A stretch of DNA of 64,000 bases from Octopus bimaculoides. Its lineage: Eukaryota. Made by a program: the position numbers and the translations under genes. This document shows positions 63,956 through 64,000 of this stretch, in pieces; position 1 is the first letter of the stretch, and each line of letters starts with the position of its first letter. The notes under the pieces are model-generated. The model ran no database searches. It was not told the origin of the DNA and saw only the letters and a program-made list of their open reading frames with translations. Location of the stretch: NCBI RefSeq assembly GCF_001194135.2, contig NC_068982.1, positions 18,381,364 through 18,445,363 on the forward strand. Direction: 5' to 3'.

Positions 63956-64000
<45 letters not shown>

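Overview
AT-rich eukaryotic scaffold with ten N-gaps, most of them next to a microsatellite. It is dominated by decayed mobile DNA. The three tRNA-derived SINE families and the (CA)n/(TA)n/(CATA)n/(TAA)n load look like an octopus (coleoid cephalopod) assembly; this is inferred from repeat content. I recognise no intact host gene. Supported content: about 18 SINE copies in 3 families; about 8 Tc1/mariner relics, including a DD37D (maT)-type copy and a near full-length mariner; 3 Penelope-like fragments, one with a 327-codon RT-GIY-YIG frame; 2 CR1-like relics; 2 RTE 3' ends; a Tx1/L1 fragment; and 5 or 6 restriction-like-endonuclease (R4/Dong-type) LINE pieces. The best leads are (1) a low-confidence minus-strand multi-exon model for a small secreted protein starting at 33209, (2) an RLE-LINE family whose four visible junctions all lie in (CATA)n microsatellite, suggesting target specificity, and (3) rearranged Penelope copies and degenerate hammerhead-like motifs. 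All translations and alignments were done by eye; no database search was possible.
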